A stretch of DNA of 64,000 nucleotides from Methanothrix sp. (GTDB taxonomy: Archaea; Halobacteriota; Methanosarcinia; Methanotrichales; Methanotrichaceae). The notes under the pieces were generated by a model. It saw only the letters and a program-made list of their open reading frames with translations. It made no database searches and had not been told where the DNA came from. This document shows positions 17,902 to 28,609 of this stretch, one piece after another; the stretch's first letter is position 1; each line of letters opens with the position of its first letter. The stretch lies in assembly GCA_037128175.1 (NCBI GenBank), contig JBAXWY010000004.1, positions 64,001-128,000 of the forward strand, written 5' to 3'. A program made the translations under genes and the position numbers.

Positions 17902-19092
17902 TCACGCCTTGAGGAGCGTAGCCGCTCCGTATATGATAAGGGTGACGATCAGGATGGACGAAGCCAAAGCGCCGGGAAACTCAGGAATGCTTTCTGTGAT
18001 GAACGTCAAAACCAAAACGATAACCAGCGCCAGGAATAGGGCAGCAGGGATGATTTTTAATGCGCCCATGCCGCCAAAAGCGCCCAACCGCTCCAGATAG
18101 ATGGACTCTGGTCCTTCATCCTGCTCGACATAGACCTCCGGCTCTTCAGGGGCCCTTTCCTCGGATCTTTGCTCCCTCTCGGCTGCTGAAGCAGAAGTTG
18201 GGATCTCCTCCCGGTTCTCGCTGTCTGTGTCCCGGAAGCCCTGGTAGCGGTCCTCCTCATAGCCGGAGTTGAACCTTTGCTTCTCTTCTGTCCTCTCTTC
18301 CTTCCACTCTTCCCTCTTCTCTTCCTGGATCCCCAGAGGTACCTTTCTGGGGACGAAACGCGGGCCCTCGTCCTGCCTATTGCTGGGGTCTACAAAACGA
18401 TCATCAATACGGCTTCCTGCCGGCTTTTGGCCGCGCTTCTCCTTGCTTCGTTCTATTCCGCCGGCTCTTTGCTGACGGGTGGCGGATCGGTATCTTTGCA
18501 GATCTTTATCGCGAGAGAATGCTATGCGCCGTGGCTCTTTCTCCGTCTCTTCGTCCCCGTCTTCATCATCATCCTCGTCATCGGACCGCTTCACTCGCCG
18601 AATTCCCAGAGATTCTTCTTCATCCTCGTCCTCATCTTCGGTTTCTTCTCTGTCCCCTCCGTCTCTTTTCCGGGCAAGATCAGCATCTTCGTCTTCTTCA
18701 TCCACTTCGTCGTCTTTCAATTCCTCGTCCCCCTGCAGGCCGGGGTCTTCCAGATCGTCGCCCGGATCTTCTGAATCGCGTAAAAGAGTGATGGGCACCC
18801 GGCTTTCTCCACCGCGGCCACAAAGAAGAATCTCGCCATCCAAACGCTTCTTGTTGGCAGGCATCCTGGCCAGAATGGGAATGATCTCCTCTTGGACTAC
18901 ATATTGATCCGGCTTCTTCAAATGCACCGCCTTTAAGACAGGACTGCTGGCCTGCAGAGAAATATTAGATGGCTCCCCGTGATTGACGACCTTGAGATTG
19001 AATATGGTCTCCTCACCAGGAAGAAGACGAAGAACTATGGGCTTGGCCGCACCACCGCCATTGTTGATGTGAACAACATGATCCAATGCCAA
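17902..19092 (-). CDS. hypothetical membrane protein with long acidic/charged disordered linker and two C-terminal TM helices
   Basis: 396 aa ORF with D/E-rich centre and hydrophobic C-terminus; co-oriented with pyrG, 10-bp gap. Confidence 0.7.
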   Translation of the reverse strand: MALDHVVHINNGGGAAKPIVLRLLPGEETIFNLKVVNHGEPSNISLQASSPVLKAVHLKKPDQYVVQEEIIPILARMPANKKRLDGEILLCGRGGESRVPITLLRDSEDPGDDLEDPGLQGDEELKDDEVDEEDEDADLARKRDGGDREETEDEDEDEEESLGIRRVKRSDDEDDDEDGDEETEKEPRRIAFSRDKDLQRYRSATRQQRAGGIERSKEKRGQKPAGSRIDDRFVDPSNRQDEGPRFVPRKVPLGIQEEKREEWKEERTEEKQRFNSGYEEDRYQGFRDTDSENREEIPTSASAAEREQRSEERAPEEPEVYVEQDEGPESIYLERLGAFGGMGALKIIPAALFLALVIVLVLTFITESIPEFPGALASSILIVTLIIYGAATLLKA

Positions 19093-19190
19093 AATTCCCC
19101 CTCACTACATATCCCATAATATTGTATAAATATTTTGCTAGTGAATACCTTGCCCTTGCCTGGCCTCTTGCCCGGCCGGTCAAAGTTGGA

Positions 19191-19373
19191 CTAATCCCTC
19201 AGATCGGGCGGCAGCATATTGGGTATGCCGTCTTCAATAGGATAGCATTCCCGGCAGGCCTGACAGCAAAGCTTGCCCGTCACAATCTCTTTCTCGTTCT
19301 CCTCGAATACCTCAAGTGTCAAGTTGCCTTTGCAGAGCGGACAGGCTAAAATGTCAAGCAGATCGTGTTTCAT
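19191..19373 (-). CDS. Trm112-like methyltransferase activator
   Basis: LLDILACPLCKG...CQAC...YPIEDGIPNMLP. Confidence 0.9.
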   Translation of the reverse strand: MKHDLLDILACPLCKGNLTLEVFEENEKEIVTGKLCCQACRECYPIEDGIPNMLPPDLRD

Positions 19374-19418
19374 GGATCAGAACATCTATTCTAAAGAAGT
19401 ATAAACCTTTGGCCCACT

Positions 19419-20285
19419 TTACGAGTCCAAGTCGTCTTTGTGCCTTTGTGCCTTTGTGGTGAGCGTGGTAGTAAGCTCTAAGTCCACATCCAGAAGCTTG
19501 GCCGCATTCTTGCCAAGGATTGCCTGCTCTTCCTCTTCACAAAGACCCAGGCCCTTGATAATCTCCACTGCCCTTCCCGGCTCCTCCCAGGGGTAATCGC
19601 TGCCGAAGATGACCCTCTCCTGCCCGATTTCACTTATCAGCTCTCTCATCTCTTCCCATCCCATGTAAAAGGAGACGTAAGCCGTATCAAAATAGACATT
19701 TTCGCCGGCTGGCAAAAGGTACCGTCTCACATCATCCCACATGCGCAGACCTCCCAGGTGGGCCAGCACAAATCGCAGCTCTGGATAGCATTCCACAGTT
19801 CTGCTAAACCGATCCGGCGTGCCAAAGACCTCCTGCCGGTCGAGTGGATCGCGGCCCGCGTGAGCCACCAGGATCATCTTCCTCTCGATCAATGCCTCGT
19901 AAAAGTTGCCGCAGCAAGGATCGTCAGGATAGACCTCCTGCAAGAGCGGCATCATCTTGACTCCCTTGATGCCCTGTGAGGCCAAGCGGTCCAGCTCAGT
20001 CTCCAGGTTTGGCATGAAGGGATGAACGGCCCCGAAGGCTGTCAGCTCCTCGCTCTTTCCCCCGGAGACAGAAAGGATCCAGTCGTTGAGGCTGGAGACA
20101 TCCTCTCTGCCTTTGGCCAGGGGCAGGAGCACCGATCCGGTAATTCCGGCAGCCTGCATCATGCGGAGCAGATCCTGAGGGGCGCCGCTGCCCGGCACTG
20201 CCACCTTCAGCTTTCTTTTCGCCGCAGGCAGGATCTTGGCCGCCACCCATTCCGGGTAGATGTGAGTATGAAAATCGATGATCAA
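19419..20285 (-). CDS. amidohydrolase 2 family protein
   Basis: IIDFHTH, LAHLGG, YFDTA, FGSDYPW. Confidence 0.9.
   Translation of the reverse strand: MIIDFHTHIYPEWVAAKILPAAKRKLKVAVPGSGAPQDLLRMMQAAGITGSVLLPLAKGREDVSSLNDWILSVSGGKSEELTAFGAVHPFMPNLETELDRLASQGIKGVKMMPLLQEVYPDDPCCGNFYEALIERKMILVAHAGRDPLDRQEVFGTPDRFSRTVECYPELRFVLAHLGGLRMWDDVRRYLLPAGENVYFDTAYVSFYMGWEEMRELISEIGQERVIFGSDYPWEEPGRAVEIIKGLGLCEEEEQAILGKNAAKLLDVDLELTTTLTTKAQRHKDDLDS
19436..19462. repeat. short tandem octamer repeat (CTTTGTGC)x2-CTTTGTGGTGA inside the 3' end of the amidohydrolase gene
   Basis: read directly; encodes LTTKAQRHKD on the minus strand. Confidence 0.7.
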
Positions 20286-20287
20286 AC

Positions 20288-21424
20288 TCAGATTATCCCC
20301 ATCTCAGTAAGCCTTTCCGGCAAGTAGGTCTTGGTCACATAATCCAGGCCCTTGCCGGCAAAAGCCTGCTGCTCTGCCTTTTTCTTGAGATCGATCTGCA
20401 GCTTAATCTGCTTTTCCCAGTAGGGCGTGGCAAACCGGGGGTCGGTCAGCTCGCTTCGCAGTGCCTGCATGTCCTTATCGGTCAGCTTGTCTGTGGAGAG
20501 GTTGTAGTCCACGATATCGCTGGGCTGCACCCCCAGGAAGCGCGCCCCGGGAGTGACCAGGTGCTCGGAGAGGTGAGCGCTCTTGATGGCCCCATAGGCG
20601 ATGCTGGCAAAGATGCGATAGGACCAGGGATCGCCATCCGTGAAGACCACAACTGGGATGTTCAGTTCCGTATTCAGCCTCTTTATGATGCGGCGCGTGG
20701 ACCTGGCCGGCTGTCCTTTGATATGCACCAGGATGGCATTGTACTCCTCATCAAAGCCGTTCTCGATCAGCCGGGCGTACATTCCGCCCGTCTCAATGGC
20801 CATGACCATTTTTGCATCGTGGCTCAAAAATTCGATGTTATCCACATTGAAGGGTATCTGGTAGCCGGCCTCGCCCACATCCTCCTGGCAGTGCATCTCC
20901 CTCTCCCCCCGCCGGGTTTGCTCCTTGAGGCGCAGCGGCCCGAAGACGGCCGCACCATCTTCCTCCGGCCGAACGTGAAAGTCCTCCCGGTGCAAAGAAG
21001 TTACGATCTCCAGATCCTCGATAAGCCGGTCACTTTCCGCCTGCTCATGGAATTTGGCGATATCCCAGTTCTCGGAAATGTAATAGATCTCTCTCAAAGT
21101 CGAGCCGCGATTGTTCTTGAGATGCTCTTTGATGAGAAGCTCAGCCAGATGAACCGTCTTGAGCAGCGTCTTGGCTCCCCGCACGGTCTTGACGCTGCGT
21201 GTCGTCTCCTGGTCACCATAAACCCAGACATCGTCCTTAGTGGAAAACTCGATGTTTCCTTTGGTTCGGGAGGGCAGAGAGATATGGGGCACGATGCCCT
21301 GCTGGAACTGGTTGTAAAGAGTATCGGCGAGGAGAAGCAGATTCTCCTGGGCGATTTTTGATTTTTCTGCTTTTTTAATATTTAGCTTCCTTTCAAATTC
21401 ATTTTTCTCGTCGGATTTTTCCAT
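20288..21424 (-). CDS. top6A: DNA topoisomerase VI subunit A
   Basis: STLREIYY catalytic Tyr, IETGGM, KGQP, FTDGDPW, KAEQQA. Confidence 0.97.
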   Translation of the reverse strand: MEKSDEKNEFERKLNIKKAEKSKIAQENLLLLADTLYNQFQQGIVPHISLPSRTKGNIEFSTKDDVWVYGDQETTRSVKTVRGAKTLLKTVHLAELLIKEHLKNNRGSTLREIYYISENWDIAKFHEQAESDRLIEDLEIVTSLHREDFHVRPEEDGAAVFGPLRLKEQTRRGEREMHCQEDVGEAGYQIPFNVDNIEFLSHDAKMVMAIETGGMYARLIENGFDEEYNAILVHIKGQPARSTRRIIKRLNTELNIPVVVFTDGDPWSYRIFASIAYGAIKSAHLSEHLVTPGARFLGVQPSDIVDYNLSTDKLTDKDMQALRSELTDPRFATPYWEKQIKLQIDLKKKAEQQAFAGKGLDYVTKTYLPERLTEMGII

Positions 21425-21427
21425 TGG

Positions 21428-23263
21428 CTAGATCACCCTGGCCCCTGTGACAATTTCCGCTTCCAGGCCCTCAATCACCGGCTCTTTTAAGGCTACGCCT
21501 TCCGCGGTGATGTTGTAGCTGAGGGTGGTGCTCTGGCCCGGAGGAATTGCGAGCTTCCAGTGATAGTCGTAGCCGTCTCCCATGGGAATGACTTTGGCAG
21601 CAGGCGAGACAGAGTCGGCCTGCACAGCCAGCACCTCATGCAGCTTAAAGGAGCGTAACTGTTCGCTGTGATTTTCTACCTGGATTTTGACGAATAGCTG
21701 TCCGTTATTTCTCTCCACTTTCCGGAAGACGAGTAGATTGCCCATGATCTTGGCTACCACCGGCCCGATATCCGGCAGCTCTTTTTCCAGGACATCGGAG
21801 AGCTTCTGGGCGATGCGCGGCAGGATCTTTCTTATGATCTCCTCCTTCTCCCGCCTCTCTGAAAGGACGCTCTGACGGCTCAGGTAGCGGCGCAGCTTTC
21901 TGGCTACCTCTTTCAGCCCCAGATCGATCTCTGTCAAAATCTCCGGCATATCGGCCACGGCATCTTTGCTCTCCGAAGTGAAGGGAATGTTGGTGGAGGC
22001 GATATGCACCAGCAGCACCGCCGGGCCGACCGGCACGCCGCTTCCCGTAGGCTGGCCCAGGGAATAATTCTTCCAGGATACGTTCTCCACAGCATGAGTT
22101 ACGGCGCAGGCACCCTGCTGGTAGACGAGTGGAACGCGATTGGCAAAGCGCAAAAGTTCAATGCGGCTCTCCTTCTCCAGCTCTCCTCCGTATCCCAGTC
22201 CCACCTCAACTAGGAAGGGATTGCCCGAATAGACGGATACGGGCCGAACCGTGGTGGCGATATAGTCCAGCCGAAACTCCTTTTCCAAACCGGCCTTGAT
22301 CAGCTCCTCGCCAATGGGAGACAGACAGTCCACGGGAGGCGACTTGACCTTGATCTGTTTGAAGGCAGTGTGCAGGCGAGATGCGGCATCATGGTCTAGG
22401 TCGGTAGGGGCCACTTCCGGATCCAGGCCCGCCCGGCTGCATAGCTCCTGAGCAGAGATGGTGCCGATGGAAGAGAAGGTCTCTTTTAAAAAGACGCGCA
22501 GCTTCTTTTTATCGGTGTAGCGGAGGAGCTTGATCAGCTCGCCAAGCTCTATTCCGTCCGGATGAGGGGAAATGGCATAGGCTTTTTTGGGCAGACTCTC
22601 CGTGGCTCTCTCGAAGACCTCCACGTTGCCCTCCGGCTCCACTAAGGTCAGGCGCGCATGGGGATTGACAATGGCTGTGCTCTTCAGCGAGCCATAGACC
22701 GACTGGCGCCGCCCCCTCACATAGGTGCCCTCCATCTCCAGCTCCACGCGCGTGCCCCTGGGGCGTTCCCAGTCCATATCCTCAGATTTAAGAATCTCGG
22801 GCTCGTTTTTGGCTGTATTTATGAGCAGCTCGCAGTAACGGGCAGGTCTGTCCGGAGCGATCTTGGAGATGACCTTGGTGGGTCTGCCGCTGGTGAGCTG
22901 GGAATAAAGCACCGCCGCGGATATGCCTATGCCCTGCTGGCCGCGGCTTTGGCGTAGCGTATGAAAACGCGATCCATAGAGCAGTTTGGCAAAGACGCGG
23001 GGGATCTCCTCTTGCACAATGCCCGGCCCGTTGTCCTCAACAATAACCTGATAGTATTCGCCGTTCTTCTTTATCTGCACAAAAATATCCGGCAGTATCC
23101 CGGCATCTTCGCAGGCATCCAGGGAATTGTCCACAGCCTCCTTCACGCAGGTGATGAGCGCTCGCGGAGCGGAGTCGAATCCCAGGATCTGACGATTCTT
23201 CTCAAAAAATTCAGCTACGGATATGGCCTTTTGCTGCTTGGCCAGCTCCTCGGCAATTTCCAT
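21428..23263 (-). CDS. top6B: DNA topoisomerase VI subunit B
   Basis: [32 protein letters not shown] motifs; RFANRVPL. Confidence 0.97.
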   Translation of the reverse strand: MEIAEELAKQQKAISVAEFFEKNRQILGFDSAPRALITCVKEAVDNSLDACEDAGILPDIFVQIKKNGEYYQVIVEDNGPGIVQEEIPRVFAKLLYGSRFHTLRQSRGQQGIGISAAVLYSQLTSGRPTKVISKIAPDRPARYCELLINTAKNEPEILKSEDMDWERPRGTRVELEMEGTYVRGRRQSVYGSLKSTAIVNPHARLTLVEPEGNVEVFERATESLPKKAYAISPHPDGIELGELIKLLRYTDKKKLRVFLKETFSSIGTISAQELCSRAGLDPEVAPTDLDHDAASRLHTAFKQIKVKSPPVDCLSPIGEELIKAGLEKEFRLDYIATTVRPVSVYSGNPFLVEVGLGYGGELEKESRIELLRFANRVPLVYQQGACAVTHAVENVSWKNYSLGQPTGSGVPVGPAVLLVHIASTNIPFTSESKDAVADMPEILTEIDLGLKEVARKLRRYLSRQSVLSERREKEEIIRKILPRIAQKLSDVLEKELPDIGPVVAKIMGNLLVFRKVERNNGQLFVKIQVENHSEQLRSFKLHEVLAVQADSVSPAAKVIPMGDGYDYHWKLAIPPGQSTTLSYNITAEGVALKEPVIEGLEAEIVTGARVI

Positions 23264-23280
23264 AAAAAGGGGAAAAAGGG

Positions 23281-23511
23281 CTAAAGTTCAGCCCCGACTA
23301 CGGTTTGGGTGGCGGTTACGTTATCAATCTCACGGATGACGTCCACGAGCTTATTCAACATACTCAGGCCCTCGACCTCGATGATGACTACGAAGTCGAA
23401 CTCGCCGAAGACATGGTAGACATCTTTAATGCCATCTATCTCTTGCAAGGCATTGTAGACGGTCTTTTCCTGTCCCGGCACCACCTTTACCATCGTTACT
23501 CCAATTACCAT
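23281..23511 (-). CDS. Lrp/AsnC ligand-binding domain protein
   Basis: 76 aa; [17 protein letters not shown] domain, upstream of top6B. Confidence 0.85.
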   Translation of the reverse strand: MVIGVTMVKVVPGQEKTVYNALQEIDGIKDVYHVFGEFDFVVIIEVEGLSMLNKLVDVIREIDNVTATQTVVGAEL

Positions 23512-23558
23512 ATTGATTCACCCATGTCATACAGCTTCAGTACATTATATAAAACTTT

Positions 23559-24407
23559 TCAGCTCTTCTTGCCGAAATTAATGGTCTCGACTTCGTCCTC
23601 GTTCTCCGCTTCCGGCCAGGTATTGTTGGGCTCGCTCTTCTTGGGCTTGCTTTTTCGGGAAGAGGGCACATCTTCCGGCTCTGCCGGCGTAGCGGCGGGC
23701 TTCTTCTCGCTCTCGATAGTCGCACTCTTCGCCGTTTTTGTCTCCGGAAGTGTGTCGCTCTTGGCCAAATCCGCCTTCAAGGAGGAGAGCGCGCGAAGGA
23801 CCATCTGCCGGAAGTGCTCTATGTCGGTGTGGTAATGCTGCAAAGCTCTATCGTTGTCCTGTTCTGGAGTGGACGAGGAAGAGGAAGCCGGCACATTGTC
23901 TGCAGTGGCGAAATCGCTGGATACTGGGATTGGCCTGGCATTCTTCAGTGCCTCCAGCCTCTCTAAGGTCCGGCGGGCGGTGTCTATTATCCACTGGTTT
24001 CTCGTATTCTCGTCTACTCGCTGAATGGATTCAGCACGCAGAGATATGATGATGTTTCCGTCATCGGTCTGGTAGAGATTGGGCTTGCCCACCACGGCGA
24101 CATATGAGGGCGCCTCCATGCAGGCGAGTATTTGAGCGGCCTCAGGCTGGTACTGACCGGCATAGATCAGTATGCTGCCCGTAGGATCTACCACTCTTCC
24201 CCTCCAGTACTCCGTGTCGCTGCCTATGTCATCCTTCTCTGTGAGGGTGCCGACCACGAAAACGCGATTACATTTAGCACCCGTAGGGGTGAGAAGATAC
24301 GAAGGTGCATATTGGTGCTGATCCTCGCCGTCGCGGAAGGAGTAGTTAGAACTCTTTAGCTCCTCGGCGAAGATCCTTTTAGCCACTTCTCGTGAAAATC
24401 CTGCCAT
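23559..24407 (-). CDS. RPA-associated OB-fold protein
   Basis: REVAKRIFAEEL, LLTPTGAKCNRVFVVGTL, DPTG..YAGQYQPEA; downstream of rpa. Confidence 0.85.
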   Translation of the reverse strand: MAGFSREVAKRIFAEELKSSNYSFRDGEDQHQYAPSYLLTPTGAKCNRVFVVGTLTEKDDIGSDTEYWRGRVVDPTGSILIYAGQYQPEAAQILACMEAPSYVAVVGKPNLYQTDDGNIIISLRAESIQRVDENTRNQWIIDTARRTLERLEALKNARPIPVSSDFATADNVPASSSSSTPEQDNDRALQHYHTDIEHFRQMVLRALSSLKADLAKSDTLPETKTAKSATIESEKKPAATPAEPEDVPSSRKSKPKKSEPNNTWPEAENEDEVETINFGKKS

Positions 24408-24409
24408 TT

Positions 24410-25645
24410 TTATGCCACCTCCGCGCTAGCTATGAGCTCGTCCACTTGCGTTTGCGACACCGGCGGGATTTCATTAATGCTTTCCACCAGAAGATAGCGA
24501 TCAATCCTCGGCCCGGTTATGGAATAGTATCTTCCCATCAGCTTGCTCTCAATTAATGAGTGCACTACCTCATGATCGAGCGCCTCCATAGCCATCTGTT
24601 TTGCCTCTTCTAATGTGAGATTTAGCAGCCTCTCCGTGGTCTCCCGGTTGACGAGTAGATCCTGCACCCGGCGGCCGTCGTCCAGCACTGCTTTGATGCG
24701 CAGATCATAGGTGCCGTCCACTTTTCCGTGCTCACTGCAGACACCCTTGGCCAAAGATCGCTTGCAAACCGGGCAGCGCTTGATTAGCCCGGAGCCCTTC
24801 TGCACATCCACCAGGGCGCCAGAGAACTCCGCGGCGATGGAGCCAATCTCCACATCGACATCTAACGGCTCGATCTGGCTGGTGCGATTCAGTTTCACGG
24901 AAAACCTGCCCTGAAACTCGTCTGTAACCAGGTTTTTGAGAAGGTAGCTTTTGCCATCCACAAGTTCCGGTAAATCGGCCTTAACCCACTTCACAAATTT
25001 TATGGCACCGGTCTCATCGCCCACCAGTCCTGACTGGGAGATGGCTTCGCTATTCGTCTCCCAGAGCTGTGCCACCTTGACCTTCAGATCAACCCACAGA
25101 CCTGGCTCATTGATCTCTGCCACTGTTACGAGCTGTGCAGCTTTGCTGGCGGGCTTTGCCTCCACATCGACATCTAACGGCTCGATCTGGCTGGTACGAT
25201 TCAGTTTTACGGAAAACCTGCCCTGAAACTCGTCCGTGACCAGCTTTTTTAAGAGATAGCTTCGGCCAAGTTCCAAGTTGGGCAGATCGGACTTGGTCCA
25301 CTTCACAAACTTCATGGACCCCGTCGCATCGCCCACAAGTCCCGTCTGAGAGATGGTCTGGGCCGCAGGCTCCCAGAGATCTAAAACCTTGACCTCCAAA
25401 TCCACCCACTTGCCGGACTCCTTGATCTCGGCGATCTTGACCTTCTCCGAGCCGGCCCTAACCTGAGGCACTATGCCATGCTCTTTGAAAAAGTAATTCA
25501 AAACAGATCTTCTCGCCTCGCCTTCAGGAACGCGAAAATCCACGATGAGCTTCTTTAGGCGAGATTCGATATCCTCCTCAGAGACCTCGATCTTCTGATC
25601 CCTGAGACGAGCTTTTATCTGATCAACCAGTTCTTTCATAAACAA
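24410..25645 (-). CDS. replication protein A (OB folds plus CxxC-x8-CxxH zinc finger)
   Basis: repeated OB folds (QTGLVGDATG, QSGLVGDETG); CPVCKRSLAKGVCSEH; DLRIKAVLDDG. Confidence 0.92.
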   Translation of the reverse strand: MFMKELVDQIKARLRDQKIEVSEEDIESRLKKLIVDFRVPEGEARRSVLNYFFKEHGIVPQVRAGSEKVKIAEIKESGKWVDLEVKVLDLWEPAAQTISQTGLVGDATGSMKFVKWTKSDLPNLELGRSYLLKKLVTDEFQGRFSVKLNRTSQIEPLDVDVEAKPASKAAQLVTVAEINEPGLWVDLKVKVAQLWETNSEAISQSGLVGDETGAIKFVKWVKADLPELVDGKSYLLKNLVTDEFQGRFSVKLNRTSQIEPLDVDVEIGSIAAEFSGALVDVQKGSGLIKRCPVCKRSLAKGVCSEHGKVDGTYDLRIKAVLDDGRRVQDLLVNRETTERLLNLTLEEAKQMAMEALDHEVVHSLIESKLMGRYYSITGPRIDRYLLVESINEIPPVSQTQVDELIASAEVA

Positions 25646-25760
25646 TTCAGCCCCCTAATTTTTTTTTTGAGAGGTAACTGTAACTTAGGTCCGGAAGTAT
25701 TTAAACTAAATCTGTGCGGGGCGAAAGTAATCTATTCAAGATCGAGCAGAAGTATATGCA

Positions 25761-26627
25761 ATGGTGATCCTAACCTGGTTTGGAAGAGTTGACCTGCTGA
25801 CCGGATCTTTGCTGACCGAAGCCATGCTTGGCAGAGAAGAGTCGGATGGGATATCAGAGCCTCAGCAGGAGACATCCGGTGCCTTTCCTCTTCCCCAGAC
25901 GGATCTACGCGCCCTGGCCAGGGCCTGTGGCTTTGCAGCCGACGACGGAGAATATAACAGGCTGCTGCGAGAGGCGGCCTTAGGCCTGGTGCGGCGAAGC
26001 ATCCTGTCCGGCAGCACCGTTGAGCAGGATCTGCTCCAGGCCATGGAGGCCCTGGATAATTTGACTCAGGCGATCAATCTGCTGGACGAGAGGCTCTACG
26101 AGTGGTCCCGCCTGCACAGCCAGGAGATCGTCCACGGAAAGGATCTGGCGGAAGGGCTAAAAGAAGACGAAAATATGGGGCTCCTGGCAAAAGCGATCCT
26201 GGGCCTGCGGGAGGCCAGGAAGGCCACGGAGACCGACGTCTCGGCCACGGTGCAGGCCCTGGCCCCCAATCTCTCCTCCCTGGCAGGCAGCGTCCTGGCG
26301 GCAAGGCTCATCTCTCGGGCCGGCGGCCTGTCTCGTCTGGCAAAGATGCCCTCCAGCCGAGTGCAGGTCATGGGCGCAGAAAAGTCTCTCTTCAAGCATC
26401 TTCGGGGCCATGCACCTTCTCCCAAGCACGGCATCATCTTCCGCCATCCTGCCGTGATCGGATCGCCCCGAATGTTGCGGGGACGTGTGGCCCGAACCCT
26501 GGCGGCAAAGCTGGCCATCGCCGCCCGCCTGGACCATTTCGGGGCCGGACTCTCTTTGGATCTGCAGGCATCATTGGACGCCCGCCTGAGAGATATCAAG
26601 CAGAGAGGACGCAATAAGGGCAAATAG
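25761..26627 (+). CDS. Nop5/Nop56-58 family box C/D sRNP protein
   Basis: APNLSSLAG..LAARLI, QVMGAEKSLFKHL, PKHGIIF, KLAIAARLD. Confidence 0.92.
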   Translation: MVILTWFGRVDLLTGSLLTEAMLGREESDGISEPQQETSGAFPLPQTDLRALARACGFAADDGEYNRLLREAALGLVRRSILSGSTVEQDLLQAMEALDNLTQAINLLDERLYEWSRLHSQEIVHGKDLAEGLKEDENMGLLAKAILGLREARKATETDVSATVQALAPNLSSLAGSVLAARLISRAGGLSRLAKMPSSRVQVMGAEKSLFKHLRGHAPSPKHGIIFRHPAVIGSPRMLRGRVARTLAAKLAIAARLDHFGAGLSLDLQASLDARLRDIKQRGRNKGK

Positions 26628-26683
26628 GGATCAGATTTATATTCAATGCCCAGCCATGATGCTTCTGAGGTTGAGGTGTGCAG

Positions 26684-27322
26684 ATGAGATGGTGGTCCGG
26701 ATCGTTGACGCTTGGAGTTTTGATTATATTTATTATAGCTGGCACTAGCATTCTCGTTCCTACGGCAAACAGCGTGCCTCAAAACCTCACCGAGCATTCC
26801 TGGATCTACAGCCAGGGAATTACCGACGATATGCGCATCTACCAGTCGGCAGCCGGTTTTCATGGACAGAAGCTGGTCACGGGAACAAGAGGCACCGGCA
26901 CTGTGTCCCGATCCATAGATGCAGAGGTCTACGGCGGCTTTGAGGACGGCTACAATGAGATCTGGGCGAACGAATGGGGCGTATTCCAGAACCGTCCGTC
27001 CAGATACAGTGCGCCCATAACCAATAGCGAGCTTAAGAATGCTCTATGCGCCAAGAATTATGAGGTAGGATCTATCTATTCGGAGAGCTACTCAGGTCTG
27101 GTGGAACTGATCAAGGATACCTCCGTCGCCCAGACAGACAACAACTCTGTCTACAGCATTCATTCCGAGGTAGAGGGAACAACCAGAGTGGGTGCGCGGG
27201 TGCAAAAGGGCTCCAGGGCGGTGCCCATTTATGTCATGAGCGGAACCTATTCCGGATACCTAAATATGAGGATGTCACTGGAGAGTGGCGACGCATCCGT
27301 CTTGACCCTGCCCTGCCCCTGA
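26684..27322 (+). CDS. hypothetical secreted protein
   Basis: N-terminal hydrophobic signal/anchor; ~212 aa ORF with its own SD-like GAGGTG. Confidence 0.65.
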   Translation: MRWWSGSLTLGVLIIFIIAGTSILVPTANSVPQNLTEHSWIYSQGITDDMRIYQSAAGFHGQKLVTGTRGTGTVSRSIDAEVYGGFEDGYNEIWANEWGVFQNRPSRYSAPITNSELKNALCAKNYEVGSIYSESYSGLVELIKDTSVAQTDNNSVYSIHSEVEGTTRVGARVQKGSRAVPIYVMSGTYSGYLNMRMSLESGDASVLTLPCP

Positions 27323-27352
27323 GGGCATCAAAAATTATTTTGTAATGATATC

Positions 27353-28165
27353 ATGGATTACCTCTCAAGTGGATTCTCGGATATCGATCATTCTAATGAT
27401 CCCTCTTTTTTCTCATCCTGCCTGGTCACCTTGAACTCTCTGCCCTACTTCCAGGATTACAAGAGAAAAAGCTTCAATCTTATGAACGCCCGGACGGGTT
27501 CCAGGGTCCTGGAAGTGGGCTGTGGCCTGGGCTTCGATGCCATTGCCCTGGCCAGGATAGTAGGAAGCACCGGCCGGGTAGTGGCGGTGGACTCCAGCCA
27601 GACCATGCTGGAGACGGCCCGGTCAAGGGCTGAGAACCTCGGCCTTCCTATAGAGTTCGTGCTGGGAGATGCCGGCCGTTTGGACTTCGATGATGGATGC
27701 TTCGACTGTTCCAGAGTGGACAGAACCCTTCAACATATACCTGAGCCTGAGAAGGTCCTAACCGAGATGGCCAGGGTCACCAGGAGCGGGGGCCGTGTCG
27801 TGGCCTATGAGCCGGACTGGGGAACCTTCACCATAGGGTCAATGAACCGAAAGGTTACTCGTAAGATAACAGACCTCTGGTGTGACACCTTCAGGAGCGG
27901 CTGGATAGGACGTAACCTCTACGGGTATTTCAGAGATATGGGACTGGAGGGCGTCCAGGTTTACCCAAGCACCCTTGTAATCACTGACCTTAACCTTGCC
28001 GAAAAGGTCTTCGATCTGTCCAAGAACGCAGAGAAGGCCATGGGTTTGAGTCTGGTATCAAGGTCCGATGCAGAGGACTGGTTAAGGGGACTTGAGGAAG
28101 ATAACCTTAGAGGCAAGTTCTTCTGCACCTACACAGGCTTTTTGGCTTATGGTAGGAAGCCGTAG
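27353..28165 (+). CDS. class I SAM-dependent methyltransferase (UbiE-like)
   Basis: VLEVGCGLG, AVDSSQTML, GDAGRLDF, RTLQH, EPDW. Confidence 0.9.
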   Translation: MDYLSSGFSDIDHSNDPSFFSSCLVTLNSLPYFQDYKRKSFNLMNARTGSRVLEVGCGLGFDAIALARIVGSTGRVVAVDSSQTMLETARSRAENLGLPIEFVLGDAGRLDFDDGCFDCSRVDRTLQHIPEPEKVLTEMARVTRSGGRVVAYEPDWGTFTIGSMNRKVTRKITDLWCDTFRSGWIGRNLYGYFRDMGLEGVQVYPSTLVITDLNLAEKVFDLSKNAEKAMGLSLVSRSDAEDWLRGLEEDNLRGKFFCTYTGFLAYGRKP

Positions 28166-28427
28166 ATAACTGAATGCTGCCTATTTTAGCTGAAGCCGAT
28201 TGGACTGAGAACGAAGGAATGGAAAAGAAGGAGGGAGGCAAAAGTCTCAGGGATGTAGGAGGGAAGAATAGCCATCGACTTTCGCCAATACACTATACGT
28301 CAATTGCCGAGATAAAAGGCTTTCGCTTCACGTTAAGAAAAGACCATTCTCCACCCTAAGAAATAATGGTTCCTCGCTGTATCGAGTGGGTAATAGACTA
28401 ATCGAGTCCTCAGTGAGTCCTCCCTCG

Positions 28428-28537
28428 CGCTCTGTGTCTGCGGTGGTGGTAGTATCGTCAGCCACTTGGTTATAACCAGCGGCCAACGACGTTTTCACCA
28501 CATAGACACCACAGTTCACAGAAGGACGCACAGAGCG
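28428..28537. repeat. ~110-bp imperfect intergenic palindrome
   Basis: centre TGGTTATAACCA (28467-28478); arms GTGGTG/CACCAC, GTGTCT/AGACAC, CGCTCTGTG/CACAGAGCG. Confidence 0.75.
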
Positions 28538-28609
28538 ACTAACAACTGGAAATAGCGAAAAGCCAACAAAAATTTTAGGGGTTTAGCTGAGCCGGACTGG
28601 CGTGCGGGC

